A stretch of DNA of 64,000 nt from Heterodontus francisci (Eukaryota). The first letter of the stretch is position 1. Each line of letters begins with the position of its first letter. The stretch lies in contig NC_090399.1 in assembly GCF_036365525.1 (NCBI RefSeq), positions 46,780,430 to 46,844,429 of the forward strand. Reading direction: 5' to 3'. Positions 36,733 to 49,228 of the stretch are shown here, piece by piece. The notes under the pieces were generated by a model. It had not been told where the DNA came from, did no database searches, and was given only the letters and a program-made list of their open reading frames with translations. The position numbers and the translations under genes were made by a program.

Positions 36733-37934
36733 TATTCACAGTCTTTTGAACAAACAGGTTTACCTGATCAGTATTCACTCCTATTGATCACCTGCAGACA
36801 TACCCATATTGACATTAGAAAAGTCTGGAGAATTCAGTCGATCACATTTTAGAAATAAAACATGTTGATCTCTGCAGTTAAAAAAAAAATGCTACTTATT
36901 CTTTAATCAGAAGACATAACATTGCAGTTTAGTGGAAGGCAACTAATGAAGTAAACGTGCTCATTTGTGGTGGAGTAACTCTATCTACAATGTATTCGTT
37001 CATTGTTGTGTTTTTTGATGTTCTTGAGGCCCGTAATACCGACATATATACACAGAAAGTGATATTCTTAGTGGAATACTGCAATATGGATAGTCTGAAA
37101 TGTTTGCATCTGGTATTCATAGGTGATAACCATAGGGATTGTTCTGATGTGTATGAGAAAAAAAAACAATGATGTGGATAAGGAACTCTACAGCCATTTG
37201 TCAGGTTCATGGAAGTTCATGGACGCAAATTACTAAGGAATTGGAGGGGGCCAAGAAGATTTCATGCCGGTGTAAAGCAGGAAATGGGAACAGGACCCTC
37301 ATCCACCCATTGCACTAAGAACAAGGAGTTCCGCTTGAAGCTGAGTTATTTTGGAAATATGACTCCGAGTACTGAGGTCGGAACGTACCCATTTCGTGGA
37401 ACAAAGAAAGATTGGGTATTTTGCACTGCGTTAATGCTATTTCCATTATCTTTCAAAAGTTCATTTTATACTTGATCCCGAAAGTTACATTCACAATTGG
37501 AAGAATCCCAAACAGAACATCGAAGCAAGCATTGCAACTTGTGACATATCCCATGGCTGATGTTGGGAGAAATGCTCTCCACCTCCCTCTCAGAATTGTT
37601 ACTATTGGCCCCTCTTCGAGAGTGCATGTTGGAGATGCTTGATTGGATTTGTTTGCCGTAACTCTGGAATAAAAGAATATTGTTTTGGGTTTTATATTGC
37701 ATGAATTCAAATAGGAAGAAAAAAAATGCTTTGAATTAGATTTACCGTACTGTATAATTACGAGAATTCCACTGTTGGCATGCTAGTGATGATGTTAACT
37801 GTGTAGACCTGTCATTCTATTCAAGAAGAAACATCAAATCTGTACATGGTTTATTTGCTTTTTTTCTGCCTTTGGTTGGAAATCAATGAATGGGGAAAAC
37901 TATATTTAGTGAAAGACACATCAGTTCTAAAGTG

Positions 37935-38028
37935 CTTCTCTTTCCACAGATGCTGCCAGACCTGCTGAGTGGTTCCAGCATTTCTTGTTTTTATTTCAGA
38001 TTTCCAGCATCCGCAGTATTTTGCTTTT
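37935..38028 (+). mobile_element. 94-bp Penelope terminal fragment with ~12-bp TSD, unit 2 only
   Basis: ccacagatgctgccagacctgctgag... flanked by agttctaaagtg (37923-37934) and agttctcaagtg (38029-38040); single copy of the flank at ~13445. Confidence 0.8.
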
Positions 38029-41000
38029 AGTTCTCAAGTGAATGCGTATAGACTGAAAATCAACGGAGTTGGATGAATTCTCTTTGATTGTGGACTTTAA
38101 GGCAATCTTGAGTGGAAGGAAAATATACATGAATGTATTTTGTTAGTTCTCAAGATTGTGGAAAGTTTTTTTTTATTCATCCAATATCAAAGTGCTTTAT
38201 AAAACTCCCTTATCAATTCTCACTCGTGGGGTAGATTACCCCTACATGGGAAGGAACTGACTTTGTTCCAATGCCTTGGATAGCACCTTCTTGTGTTTTC
38301 CTGCCACGATGTAGCAGTTACACTGCAAATAAATTCTGAACATTGGAGTAAGTAATAGAATTCAACTGACAACATGATAGCTTTTATTTTAATGAAACCA
38401 GATGCAACAAGCTAAATCTAGTAGGCACCTCACGTGAATCATGATGCTCGATAACAAAATTGGTCTGCCTGGGAATGTTGTGTTCCAAACCCTTGCAGAC
38501 GAGTAGAGACGTTAACCCTTTCTGTTGACAGTTTTACGTTTAAATTAATTCACCACACTTTAACATCGCTATTATTGATATGGCATTATTAAATGTAAAA
38601 GTTGTAAATAGACAGAGGAAGATTCAGATTAGACAGATTTATCCATTATGCTCTTGGGCAGAGCCGCAATGGATTTTTCATCTTTGTTGTTTTGTTTTGA
38701 CCAGGTGCCGATGGTTTGCAGGTCCACATGAGTACTCATACCGCAACAGGAGATCTCATAACATTCGGAAGGTAAGAACTTACGATGGCTATGCTTTGAA
38801 TTAATTATTTTCCTTGCAAAGACTTGTCCTTAACTTATTTAAGGTCATGTGTTATCTTCTCAGACCAAGTGCTTGATAAGGGGTGATGTGGATGTTATTT
38901 CCAAATTAAATGCAAGAACTTATGTTTCCGATGCAAAACACCATGTAAAATCACCAAACTTGAGCCACATTTTCCTGTTATTGCAATTGATAAGATAAAT
39001 TAATAAGTTGCTATTTCAAGGACTCAAAGGGAACATTTACGGTAAGTTTCATGGATAATGCTGTTTTTATTTGAAGATACGGATGTAACGCAGTCTCAGC
39101 AGTTCTTAAGTATCAAGGAAGTAAACGTCAGGGGCAATGAAACTGAATATTGACAAAAGCTGTCAGTTCAGCAATACTGTTTGAACATTGGGGTGATTTC
39201 GAAATTATAACATGTCAGGCCTAATATAACGGGTCATCCCTCAGAAATAGTATTGTCTAAAATAAAGAACAGACAAACAAAATATGCTTAAGTTATGGCT
39301 GACCTTCAGGAACACACGACGTCAGCCGAGAGCTCCAACTCAATCGGCTGCCCTTGGAGCCAAACAAGCAGCAGGTATGGAAAGTGGGGAGCCAAGCAAC
39401 GGTACAAAATTATATGAAGGTGTTGTGTTTGCAGTAATACAGTAAGCGGTGACATTTGCATTTCCAACAGACCTTTGATGAAGTACCACGCAGTGTCCTT
39501 TACAAGAAAGGATTATGTATCAGACCTCACATTAACAACATTTGTAAATGAATTAGATCAAGTGGAAATGTTTGATTTTTGTTTTAAAATATAATAACAA
39601 TATTTTATTGGATAGTAAAGTTCCTCTAGGTCTCATAAAACATAGAACAGGCATGAGATAGAATTTTAATTAATGGGATGTGTAAAATTGAATAAGAGGA
39701 AGTGATTGAGGATAGGAGATAGAAACCCAGAAATTATATCACCAGATGGGAATGGGAAAACCACGTGGTCCGATCCAAAAAATGGTATCAATATGACATA
39801 AATGTGCACTTTAGTCCAAGTCAGGAGAGCACAGTTAAAAAGTTGAAAATGATAGGTTTCTCTTGGGGTTGTTTATCTATATGCCTATGCATTTTTAATA
39901 AAGCTACATTTGATAGCCCGACCACTACCCGAGGCATCATGACTATACAGGAAGAGGTAAGCAAAGATCTTCAGACCGACACACCACTTGATCTTTTGGT
40001 AAGTTTATCTGAAACTCCAAGTATGGTTTTCATCTGTTGGAACACTGGTGACATAATATTTGGATACCAGTGAGAGAGTTCAGATGTCAATTGTTGCAAG
40101 TGAAGAAACTAACATGCGGAAATGCACAGGGAACTTGCACTGAAGAATTCGGCTCAGGCATACTGAGGTAACTGGCAACAACATAACATGAAATAGTTAT
40201 CATGGCCAGCATAATGACACAACATCTTAAATCACCAAGGCATTGACACAGACTCCATAGAAAAACTTAATTTAAAACAAACAGGATAGAAGTAACTCAC
40301 GTAATGAAAGGTCAAAAACCAGAAACGCTAACTCTGCTTCTCTCTCCACAGATGCTTCCTGATCTGCTGAGTATTTCCAGCACTTTCTGCTTTTAGTTCA
40401 GATTTCCAGCATTTGAAGTATTTTGTTTTTTATCATAGAAATAACGCACAGTTTTAACTGTAAATGTATATACCATGTTTTGGAAAAAGTGAAAGGAACC
40501 AGAGACAAATGTACTTAATATCGGTGGTGTTATGAATGGTAATGGAATCCTTACTCAAAGATGTAATGAAAAATCTAGGAAATCGAACTATAATAAAGAG
40601 CAGTATGCAACGTATATCAAAAGGAAAGGCCTGATCAATCTTATTAAATTATTTGAATATGCAACAGAAAGATAGACATGGGTAATGCAGCAGCTGTGAC
40701 ATTTGCATTTCCAATAGACCTTTGATAAAGTACCACATAGTCGGCTCATGGCCAAGACCAGAACATGTGATTCAGGAAAAAAGCAGCAGAATAATTAGCA
40801 AGCTGAGAACAAAAACGTATAGCCAAAGTATGAGTTAAAGGTAGTTGCACAGATTGTAAATGATGGGGAGCAACGTTCCACATGGAATGGTGCTGGGACC
40901 ACTAGATTTACCATTTACATAAGCTTATTGCCCTTGGGAATACGAAGAATAATTTCAGAATTTGCGGGTGACAACAGATTTGGAGTATAGTTTGCAAAGA

Positions 41001-41628
41001 GAAGGACTGAAACAACATACAGGTAGACAGTAATAAACGTTGAGAATGGAGTTAAAACTGGAAAATTAACTGCAGACAAATGTGAGGTCATACGGTTTTT
41101 GCAGAAAGAAAATACACGTAATCCTTGGAAAATAAGTGCCTATATTGGTTTAATGGAACAGAGGGATCTCGTATACAGACATGCAAATCATTAAAGATAG
41201 TGGCATTTTTTTTATATGGCATAAAAAACAAACAAACACTGGCGCTCATTTCATGAGGGATATAACTGAATAACATAGCGATTATGATGAACTTGTATAG
41301 ATCCTTTGTGCGGCCACACCTAGAGTGCTGTGAACAGTTCCGGTCTCCATATTATGAAGAAGATATGGAGGCACAGGAAAAGGTACAACAAAAATGTGCC
41401 ACAATGATGCCAGAGGTAAAAGTTTATATCTGTTAGGAAGTAGTGGTCTTTCCCTGATAATAAAGAGGCCTTTAAGATATGTTAGAGTTTGGTGTAGCCA
41501 AGGTGTTTCCGCTGGTGGTTGTGTCCCTAATTAAGGTTTATAAACATGAGTTGATGGCGAATCAAACTAATGGAGAATTCAGGAGACGTTTGTTTATCCA
41601 AATTTCTTTTAGAATATCTCTGACGCTA

Positions 41629-42115
41629 GGGGAGACGGTGGCGTAGTGGTATTGTCATTGGCCTAGTAACCCAGAGACATGCGTTTAAATCCCACCACAG
41701 CAGAAGGTGAAATTTGAATTCAATTAATAAATCTGTAATTAAAAAGCTCGTCTAATGATGGCCATGAAACTATTGTCGATTGTTGTAAAAACACATCTGG
41801 TTCACTAATATCCTTTAGGGGAGGAAATCTGCTGTCCTTACCTGGTCTGGACTACATGTGACCCACAGAAATATAATTGACTCTTTCATGCCCTCTGAAA
41901 TGGCATAGCAAACCACTCAGTTGTATCTAACCGCTACGAAGACAGTAAAAAGGAATGGAAAACTCCCTTCTTAGCAACACTGTGGGTGTACCTACCCCAC
42001 ATGGACTGCAGCGGTTCAAGAAGGCAGCTCAGCACCACCTTCTCAAGGGCAATGAGGATGGGCAGTAAATGCTGGCCTAGCCAGCGACTCCCACATCCCA
42101 TGAATGAATAAAAAA
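41629..42115 (+). mobile_element. tRNA-headed SINE long form, paralogous copy
   Basis: Collinear with 17022-17508. Confidence 0.8.
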
Positions 42116-42846
42116 TAATTGTTGAGATGAACAGCCAATTGAAAATGACTATTGAGGGATAATGGCATAGAATTATGTGTTTATTGAGGCTGGATAAACA
42201 AGGTGGGAGGAGGCTATTGTGGAGCACAAAACCACAAATAAATTATGGCTTCCTGACGTATTTAGAATGCGCTAAAATGATTAGAGAAATTCTTGTAACT
42301 CAATGTGCCTGCTGCTTCTGCTCTCAGACTGACTGATCATGCAACTGTTTGTTCCTCTTTCTTATAACTCAAACAAGCTTTTGCTTTTGCACCAACCCTT
42401 ATGGGTAATTTCACTGTTTATTTCTCCACTAACCCATTCGAGCAGGCAGATAATGCTCTCAGCCTGATAGACAATTCACTTTTTATTTTTCTCTCGTAAC
42501 TCAATCCAGCTGCTGCTTCCACCCCTTTCTGATAGATAATTCCACAAGCTATTTCTCTTTTTGGCAGCGAAATTTGTGCCAATTATATTCCTGTGCCGGG
42601 CAAAGTGCAATGTTTCTAAATGTCTAACTTGCTACCTGGTGGACATAGTAGCATTGGATCTACTGGTCGCGATCACGGCTCTGATACTGAAGCAAATTCC
42701 TATTGTGTATTACCTCCAGGTTATGATCCTGTGGTATCTTTCATTGTGCAATATTCAAGCTGTCCTTCTTTGTGTAGCTACAGACCTTTCCGGTCATTTC
42801 ACCGTGACTTTCACTTGAATCGATGTGTGGGCCATTTATCCCTGTT

Positions 42847-45509
42847 CACAGCTGTGCTGAAGGAGGGCACTATGGAGGACTCGAGCAGTGAGGCAATATG
42901 GACAGAACTCAGAAATAGGAAGGGTGCGGTAGCAATGTTGGGGCTGTACTACAGGCCTCCCAACAGCGAGCGTGAGACAGAGGTACAAATATGTAAACAG
43001 ATTATGGAAAGATGTAGGAGCAACAGGGTGGTGGTGATAGGAGATTTTAATTTTCCCAACATTGACTGGGATTCGCTTAGTGTTAGAGGTCCAGATGGAG
43101 CAGAATTTGTAAGGAGCATCCAGGAGGGTTTTCTAGAGCAGTATGTAAATAGTCCAACTCGGGAAGGGGCCATACTGGACCTGGTGTTGGGGAATGAGCC
43201 CGGCCAGGTTGTTGAAGTTTCAGTAGGGGACTACTTTGGGAATAGTGATCACAATTCCGTAAGCTTTAAAATATTCATGGACAAAGACGAGAGTGGTCCA
43301 AAAGGGAGAGTGCTAAATTGGGGGAAGGCCAACTACACCAAAATTCGGCAGGAGCTGGGAAATGTAGATTGGGAGCAGCTGTTTGAAGGTAAATCCACAT
43401 GTGATATGTGGGAGGCTTTTAAAGAGAGGTTGATTAGCGTGCAGGAGAGACATGTTCCTGTGAAAATGAGGGATAGAAATGGCAAGATTAGGGAACCATG
43501 GATGACAGGTGAAATTGTGAGACTAGCTAAGAGGAAAAAGGAAGCATACATAAGGTCTAGGCGGCTGATGAAAGACGAAGCTTTGAAAGAATATCGGGAA
43601 TGTAGGACCAATCTGAAACGAGGAATTAAGAGGGCTAAAAGGGGTCATGAAATATCTTTAGCAAACAGGGTTAAGGAAAATCCCAAAGCCTTTTATTCAT
43701 ATATAAGGAGAAAGAGGGTAACTAGAGAAAGGATTGGCCCACTAAAGGACAAAGGAGGAATGTTATGCTTGGACTCAGAGAAAATGGGTGAGATTCTAAA
43801 CGAGTACTTTGCATCGGTATTCACCGAGGAGAGGGACATGACGGATGTTGAGGTTAGGAACAGATGTTTGATTACTCTAGGTCAAGTCGGCATAAGGAGG
43901 GAGGAAGTGTTGGGTATTCTAAAGGGCATTAAGGTGGACAAGTCCCCAGGTCCGGATGGGATCTATCCCAGGTTACTGAGGGAAGCGAGAGAGGAAATAG
44001 CTGGGGCCTTAACAGATATCTTTGCAGCATCCTTAAACACGGGTGAGGTCCCGGAGGACTGGAGAATTGCTAATGTTGTCCCCTTGTTTAAGAAGGGTAG
44101 TAGGGATAATCCAGGTAATTATAGACCGGTGAGCCTGACGTCAGTGGTAGGGAAGCTGCTGGAGAAGATACTGAGGGATAGGATCTATTCCCATTTGGAA
44201 GAAAATGGGCTCATCAGTGATAGGCAACATGGTTTTGTGCAGGGAAGGTCATGTCTTACCAACTTAATAGAATTCTTTGAGGAAGTGACAAAGTTGATTG
44301 ATGAGGGAAGAGCTGTCGATGTCATATACATGGACTTCAGTAAGGCGTTTGATAAGGTTCCCCATGGCAGGCTGATGGAGAAAGTGAAGGCGCTTGGGGT
44401 CCAAGGTGTACTAGCTAGATGGATAAAGAACTGGCTGGGCAACAGGAGACAGAGAGTAGCAGTAGAAGGGAGTTTCTCAAAATGGAGAAGTGTGACCAGT
44501 GGTGTTCCACAGGGATCCGTGCTGGGACCACTGTTGTTTGTGATATACATTAATGATTTGGAGGAAAGTATAGGTGGACTGATTAGCAAATTTGCAGACG
44601 ACACTAAGATTGGTGGAGTAGCAGATAGTGAAGGGGACTGTCAGAGAATACAGCAGAATATAGATAGATTGGAGAGTTGGGCAGAGAAATGGCAGATGGA
44701 GTTCAATCAGGGCAAATGCGAGGTGATGCATTTTGGAAGATCCAATTCAAGAGTGAACTATACAGTAAATGGAAAAGTCCTGGGGAAAATTGATGTCCAG
44801 AGAGATTTGGGTGTTCAGGTCCACTGTTCCCTGAAGGTGGCAACGCAGGTAAATAGAGTGGTCAAGAAGGCATACGGCATGCTTTCCTTCATCGGACGGG
44901 GCATTGAGTACAAGAGTTGGCAGGTCATGTTACAGTTGTATAGGACTTTGGTTCGGCCACATTTGGAATACTGCGTACAGTTCTGGTCGCCACATTATCA
45001 AAAGGATGTGGATGCTTTGGAGAGGGTGCAGAGGAGGTTCACCAGGATGTTGCCTGGTATGGAGGGCGCTAGCTATGAAGAGAGGTTGAGTAGATTAGGA
45101 TTATTTTCATTAGAAAGACGGAGGTTGAGGGGGGACCTGATTGAGGTGTACAAAATCATGAGAGGTATAGACAGGGTGGATAGCAAGAGGCTTTTTCCCA
45201 GAGTGGGGGTTTCAATTACTAGAGGACACGAGTTCAAAGTGAAAGGGGAAAAGTTTAGGGGGGATATGCGTGGAAAGTTCTTTACGCAGAGGGTGGTGGG
45301 CACCTGGAATGCATTGCCAGCGGAGGTGGTAGATGCGGGCACGATGGAGTCTTTTAAGATGTATCTAGACAGATACATGAATGGGCAGGAAGAAAAGAGA
45401 TACAGAACCTTAGAAAATAGGCGACATGTTTAGAGAGAGGATCTGGATCGGCGCAGGCTTGGAGGGCCGAAGGGCCTGTTCCTGTGCTGTAATTATCTTT
45501 GTTCTTTGT
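42847..45509 (+). mobile_element. Young 5'-truncated CR1 LINE with uninterrupted ORF2 (partial APE + complete RT)
   Basis: Open frame from 42847 to stop at 45433 (~860 codons) with GDFN, SDH, YMDFSKAFDKV, QGSVLGP, FADD; 3' stem-loop gggccgaagggcctg and (gttcttt)n tail; absent at the paralogous site ~18235. Confidence 0.96.
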
Positions 45510-45559
45510 ATTACCGGAAGCACGTAATTCCCTACTTTCACAGCTATGGGTCGTAACTA

Positions 45560-46125
45560 AAACCCTTCATCATATCTGGAGTATTGTGTGTAGTTTTGGT
45601 CTGCTTATCGGAGGAAGCATGTTCTTGCTATGCAGCGAGAGCAGCGAAGGTTCACCAGACTGTTTCCTGGGATAGCAGGCCTGGCGGATGAAGAAGGATT
45701 GGGTCGATTAGGCTTGTATTCGCTACAGTTTAGAAGAATGAGAGGGAATTGAAAAAAACCTAAAAAATTCTAACAGGACTTGACAGACTAGATGCAGGAA
45801 GGATGTTCCCAATGGCAGGAGAGTCCAGGACCAGGGCTCGCAGTCTAAGGATAAGGGGTAAGCCATTTAAGAATGAGATTAGGACAGATTCCGTCACCCA
45901 GAGAGAGGTGAACCTGTGGAATTGTCTCCCACGGAAAGTAGTTGAGGCCAAATCATTAAATATATTGAAGAAAGAGTTAGATATAGTTCTTAGGACTAAT
46001 GGGATGAAGGCATACGGGGAGAAAACGGGAACAGGTTACTGAGTTTGATCATCTGCCGTGATCGTTTAGAATGGCGGAGCAGGCTCGAAGGGCCGAATGG
46101 ACTACTCCTACTCTATTTTTCTCTG
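45560..46125 (+). mobile_element. CR1 3' fragment, paralog of 18290-18850
   Basis: ORF 45803-46042 nearly the same as ORF 18524-18763. Confidence 0.8.
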
Positions 46126-46409
46126 TTTCTTTCCATGTTTATATATTCTATTTCCGGGATTCGATTTGTTCTGGTTCTGCTTCTCCATGGTCTAAACGTT
46201 TTCAAGATTTCAGTGACTAGCAGACTCTTCAGAGGCTCCAGTGTTACAGCAATGGGAAGAGTCCCAGGACGGAGAGATGGAGTGCTGAAGGAAATCCTTC
46301 ACTTCACTTCTTGCTCTATTGGAGAATTGTATTATGTCAAGGGTAGTTTTCCTCATTTAGTTCAGTGCAGAATCAAATGTGGTATATGTAGTGTCAGTCT
46401 ATCATACCG

Positions 46410-48328
46410 ATTGAATCGAGTTGGCTGAAGTCTGGCATCTGTGATGCTAGGAACTTCAGGAGGAGGCCGAGATGGATCATCACCTCGGCACTTCTGGCTG
46501 AAGATTGTTGTAAATGCTTCAGCCTTATCTTTCGCACTGATGTGCTGGATTCCCCCATCATTGAGGATGGGTGATATTTGTTGAGCCATCTCATCCACAG
46601 TTATTTAGTTGTCCATCACCATTCATGGCTGGATGTAGCAGGACAGTAGAGCTTAGACCTGATCTGTTGGTTGTGGGATCACTTAAATGTGTCTATCGCA
46701 TGTTGCATACACAGTTTGGCGCTCAAGTAGTCCAGTGTTATAGCTTCACCAGGTTCAAACCTCATTTTGAGGTATACCTGGTGCTGCTCCTGGCATGTCC
46801 TCCTGAACTCTTCATTGAACCAGGGTTGCTTTCCTGGCTTGATGGTAATGGTAGAGGGGGGGGATTTTTTAAATTCATTCGTGGGATGTGGGCGTCGCTG
46901 ACTAGGCCAGCATTTATTACCCATCCCTAATTGCCCTTGAACTGAGTAGCTTGCTACGCCATTTCAGAGTTAACCACATTGCTGTGGGTCTGGAGTCACA
47001 TAAGGCCCAGACCAGGTAAGGACAGCAGATTTGCTTCGCTAAAGGGCATTAGTGAACCAGATGTGTTTTACAATAATTGACAATGGTTTCATGGTCACCA
47101 TTAGACTAGCTTTGAATTCCAGATTTTTTGTTAATCGAATTCAAATTTCACCATCTGACATGGTGGGATTCAAAACCATGTCCCCAGAGCATTAGCCTGA
47201 GCCTCTGGATTATTGGTCCAGTGGCATTACCACTACGCCACCACCTCCCCGGGCCATGAGGTTACAGATTGTGCTTGAGTATAATTCTGCAGCTGCTGAT
47301 GACCCACAGCACCTTATGGATGCCCAGTGTTGCATGACTATATCTGTTCGAATTCAATCCCATTTAGCACGGTGGTAGTGCCACACAACACGATGCAGTG
47401 TATGCTCAATGTGAAGTCGGGACTACATCTCCACAAGGACTGTGTGGTGGTCACTCGTACCAATACTGTCATGGACAGATACATCTGTGGTAGGCAGATT
47501 AGTGAGGACGAAGTCAAGTATGTTTTTCCCTCTTGTTTGTTCCCTTACCACTTGTTGCAAACCCAGTATAGCAGCGATGTCCTTTAGGACTCGCCCAGCA
47601 CGGTCAGCATTGGTGCAACCGAGCCACTCTTGGTGATGGGCATTGAAGTCCCCCATCCAGAGTACATTCTATGCCCTTGCCACCCTCAGCGCTTCCTCTA
47701 ACTGGTGCTCAACATGGAGGAGTACTGATTCAACTGCTGAGGGAGGGTGATCGGAGGTAATCAGCAGGAGGTTTCCTTTCCCATCTTTGACCTTATGCCA
47801 TGAGACTTCATGTGGTCCGGAGTAGATGTTGAGAAATCCCAGGAATACTCCCTCCGGACTGTATACCACTGTGCCGCCACCTCTTCTGGGTCTGCCCTGC
47901 TGGTGGGACAGGACATACCCGGAGATGGTGACGGCAGTATCTGTGACATTGCCTGTAAGGTCTGATTCCGTGAGTCTGACTATGTCAAGTTGTTGCTTGA
48001 CCAGTCTGTGGGACAAATCTCCCAACTTTTGCACAAGCCTACATATGTTAGTAGGGAGGATTTTGCAGGGTTGAAAGCTGGGTTTGCCGTTGTCGTTTCC
48101 GGTGCCTAAGTCAGTGCTGGGTGATCTATTCGATATCATACATTTTTATTGACTTCGTAGTGGTTAGGTACGATGGAATGGCTTGCTAAGCCATTTCAGA
48201 GGGCATCTCAGAGTCAAGCACATTGTTGTGGGTCTGGAGTCACATGTAGGCCCGACGAGGTAAAGACAGCAGATTTCCTTTCCAAAGGGCATAAATGAAC
48301 CAGATGGGTTTTTAAATTAATCGACAAT
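46410..48328 (-). mobile_element. Paralogous copy of the APE-type LINE 5' half
   Basis: ORFs 47669-48139 (endonuclease N-terminus, DIVRLTES) and 47423-47656 (GDFNAHH..SDH). Confidence 0.82.
46865..47250 (-). mobile_element. tRNA-headed SINE short form, paralogous copy
   Basis: Collinear with 19548-19940. Confidence 0.83.
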
Positions 48329-48621
48329 ATCCACCACTAGCATTCAGTCACTTCGCATATATTCCTAATTGATCTCTATCTTTGCTCCTCACACAATGAA
48401 GTAGAATTCCATCTTTGTGGATTGGCTTTTCCTGACTGTAAAAACGGAGATTAAAATGGACTAATGTTTCCAGCAAGTACTGTTCGACACCTCAGTGTCA
48501 TGAAGGGGGCAAATCTATTGAAAATAGACTCCAATATTTTCTCCTTATCGCCATACCCTTGATCAGTTGATCAGTTGATAGTATTGAAAAGGAAACATGT
48601 CAATATCGGACTAAGCCTGCA

Positions 48622-49228
48622 GGGGGGTATAGAGTATAAAAGTTGGCAAGTCATGTTGCAGCTGTACAGAACCTTAGTTAGGCCACACTTAGAATATTGT
48701 GTGCAATTCTGGTCGCCACACTACCAGAAGGACGTGGAGGCTTTGGAGAGGGTACAGAGGAGGTTTACCAGGATGTTGCCTGGTCTGGAGGGCATTAGCT
48801 ATGAGGAGAGGTTGGAAAAACTCGGATTGTTTTCAATCGAACGACGGAGGTGGAGGGGCGACATGATGGAGGTTTACAAAGTTATGAGCGGCATGGACAG
48901 AGTGTATAGTCAGAAGCTTTTTCCCAGGGTGGAAGAGTCAGTTACTAGGGGACATAGGTTTAAGGTGAGAGGGGCAAAGTTTAGAGGGGATGTGTGAGGC
49001 AAGTTTTTTACACAGAGGGTGGTGAGTGCCTGGAACTTGCTGCCAGGGGAGGTGGTGGAAGCAGATATGATAGCGACGTTTGAGACATCTTGACAAATAT
49101 ATGAATAGGAAGGGAATAGAGGGATATGGGCCCGGGAAGTTTCGGCAGGCATCAAGAAAGGCGCAGGCTTGGAGGGCCGAATGGCCTGTTCCTATGCTGT
49201 ACTGTTCTTTGTTCTTTGTTCTTTGTTC
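48622..49228 (+). mobile_element. CR1 3' fragment with (gttcttt)n tail
   Basis: GIEYKSWQVMLQLYRTLVRPHLEYCVQFWSP...; 3' stem-loop and tail. Confidence 0.88.

Larger units (their letters stand above)
42568..46405 (+). pseudogene. Second copy of the GPCR pseudogene, additionally split by a young CR1
   Basis: 42561-42818 ORF reads IFLCRAKCNVSKCLTCYLV...ATDLSGHFTVTFT; TM5/ICL3 remnant GIRFVLVLLLHGLNV at ~46150-46330. Confidence 0.78.

Noticed and set aside
42620-42846. 937-aa ORF as an intact autonomous LINE ORF2 or a host gene
   Set aside because: The first ~76 codons are an alternative frame of the GPCR pseudogene; the LINE part lacks the endonuclease N-terminus and ORF1.
44185-45378. Antisense ORFs over LINE RT regions
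   Set aside because: Typical shadow ORFs of CR1 ORF2 with no independent evidence.
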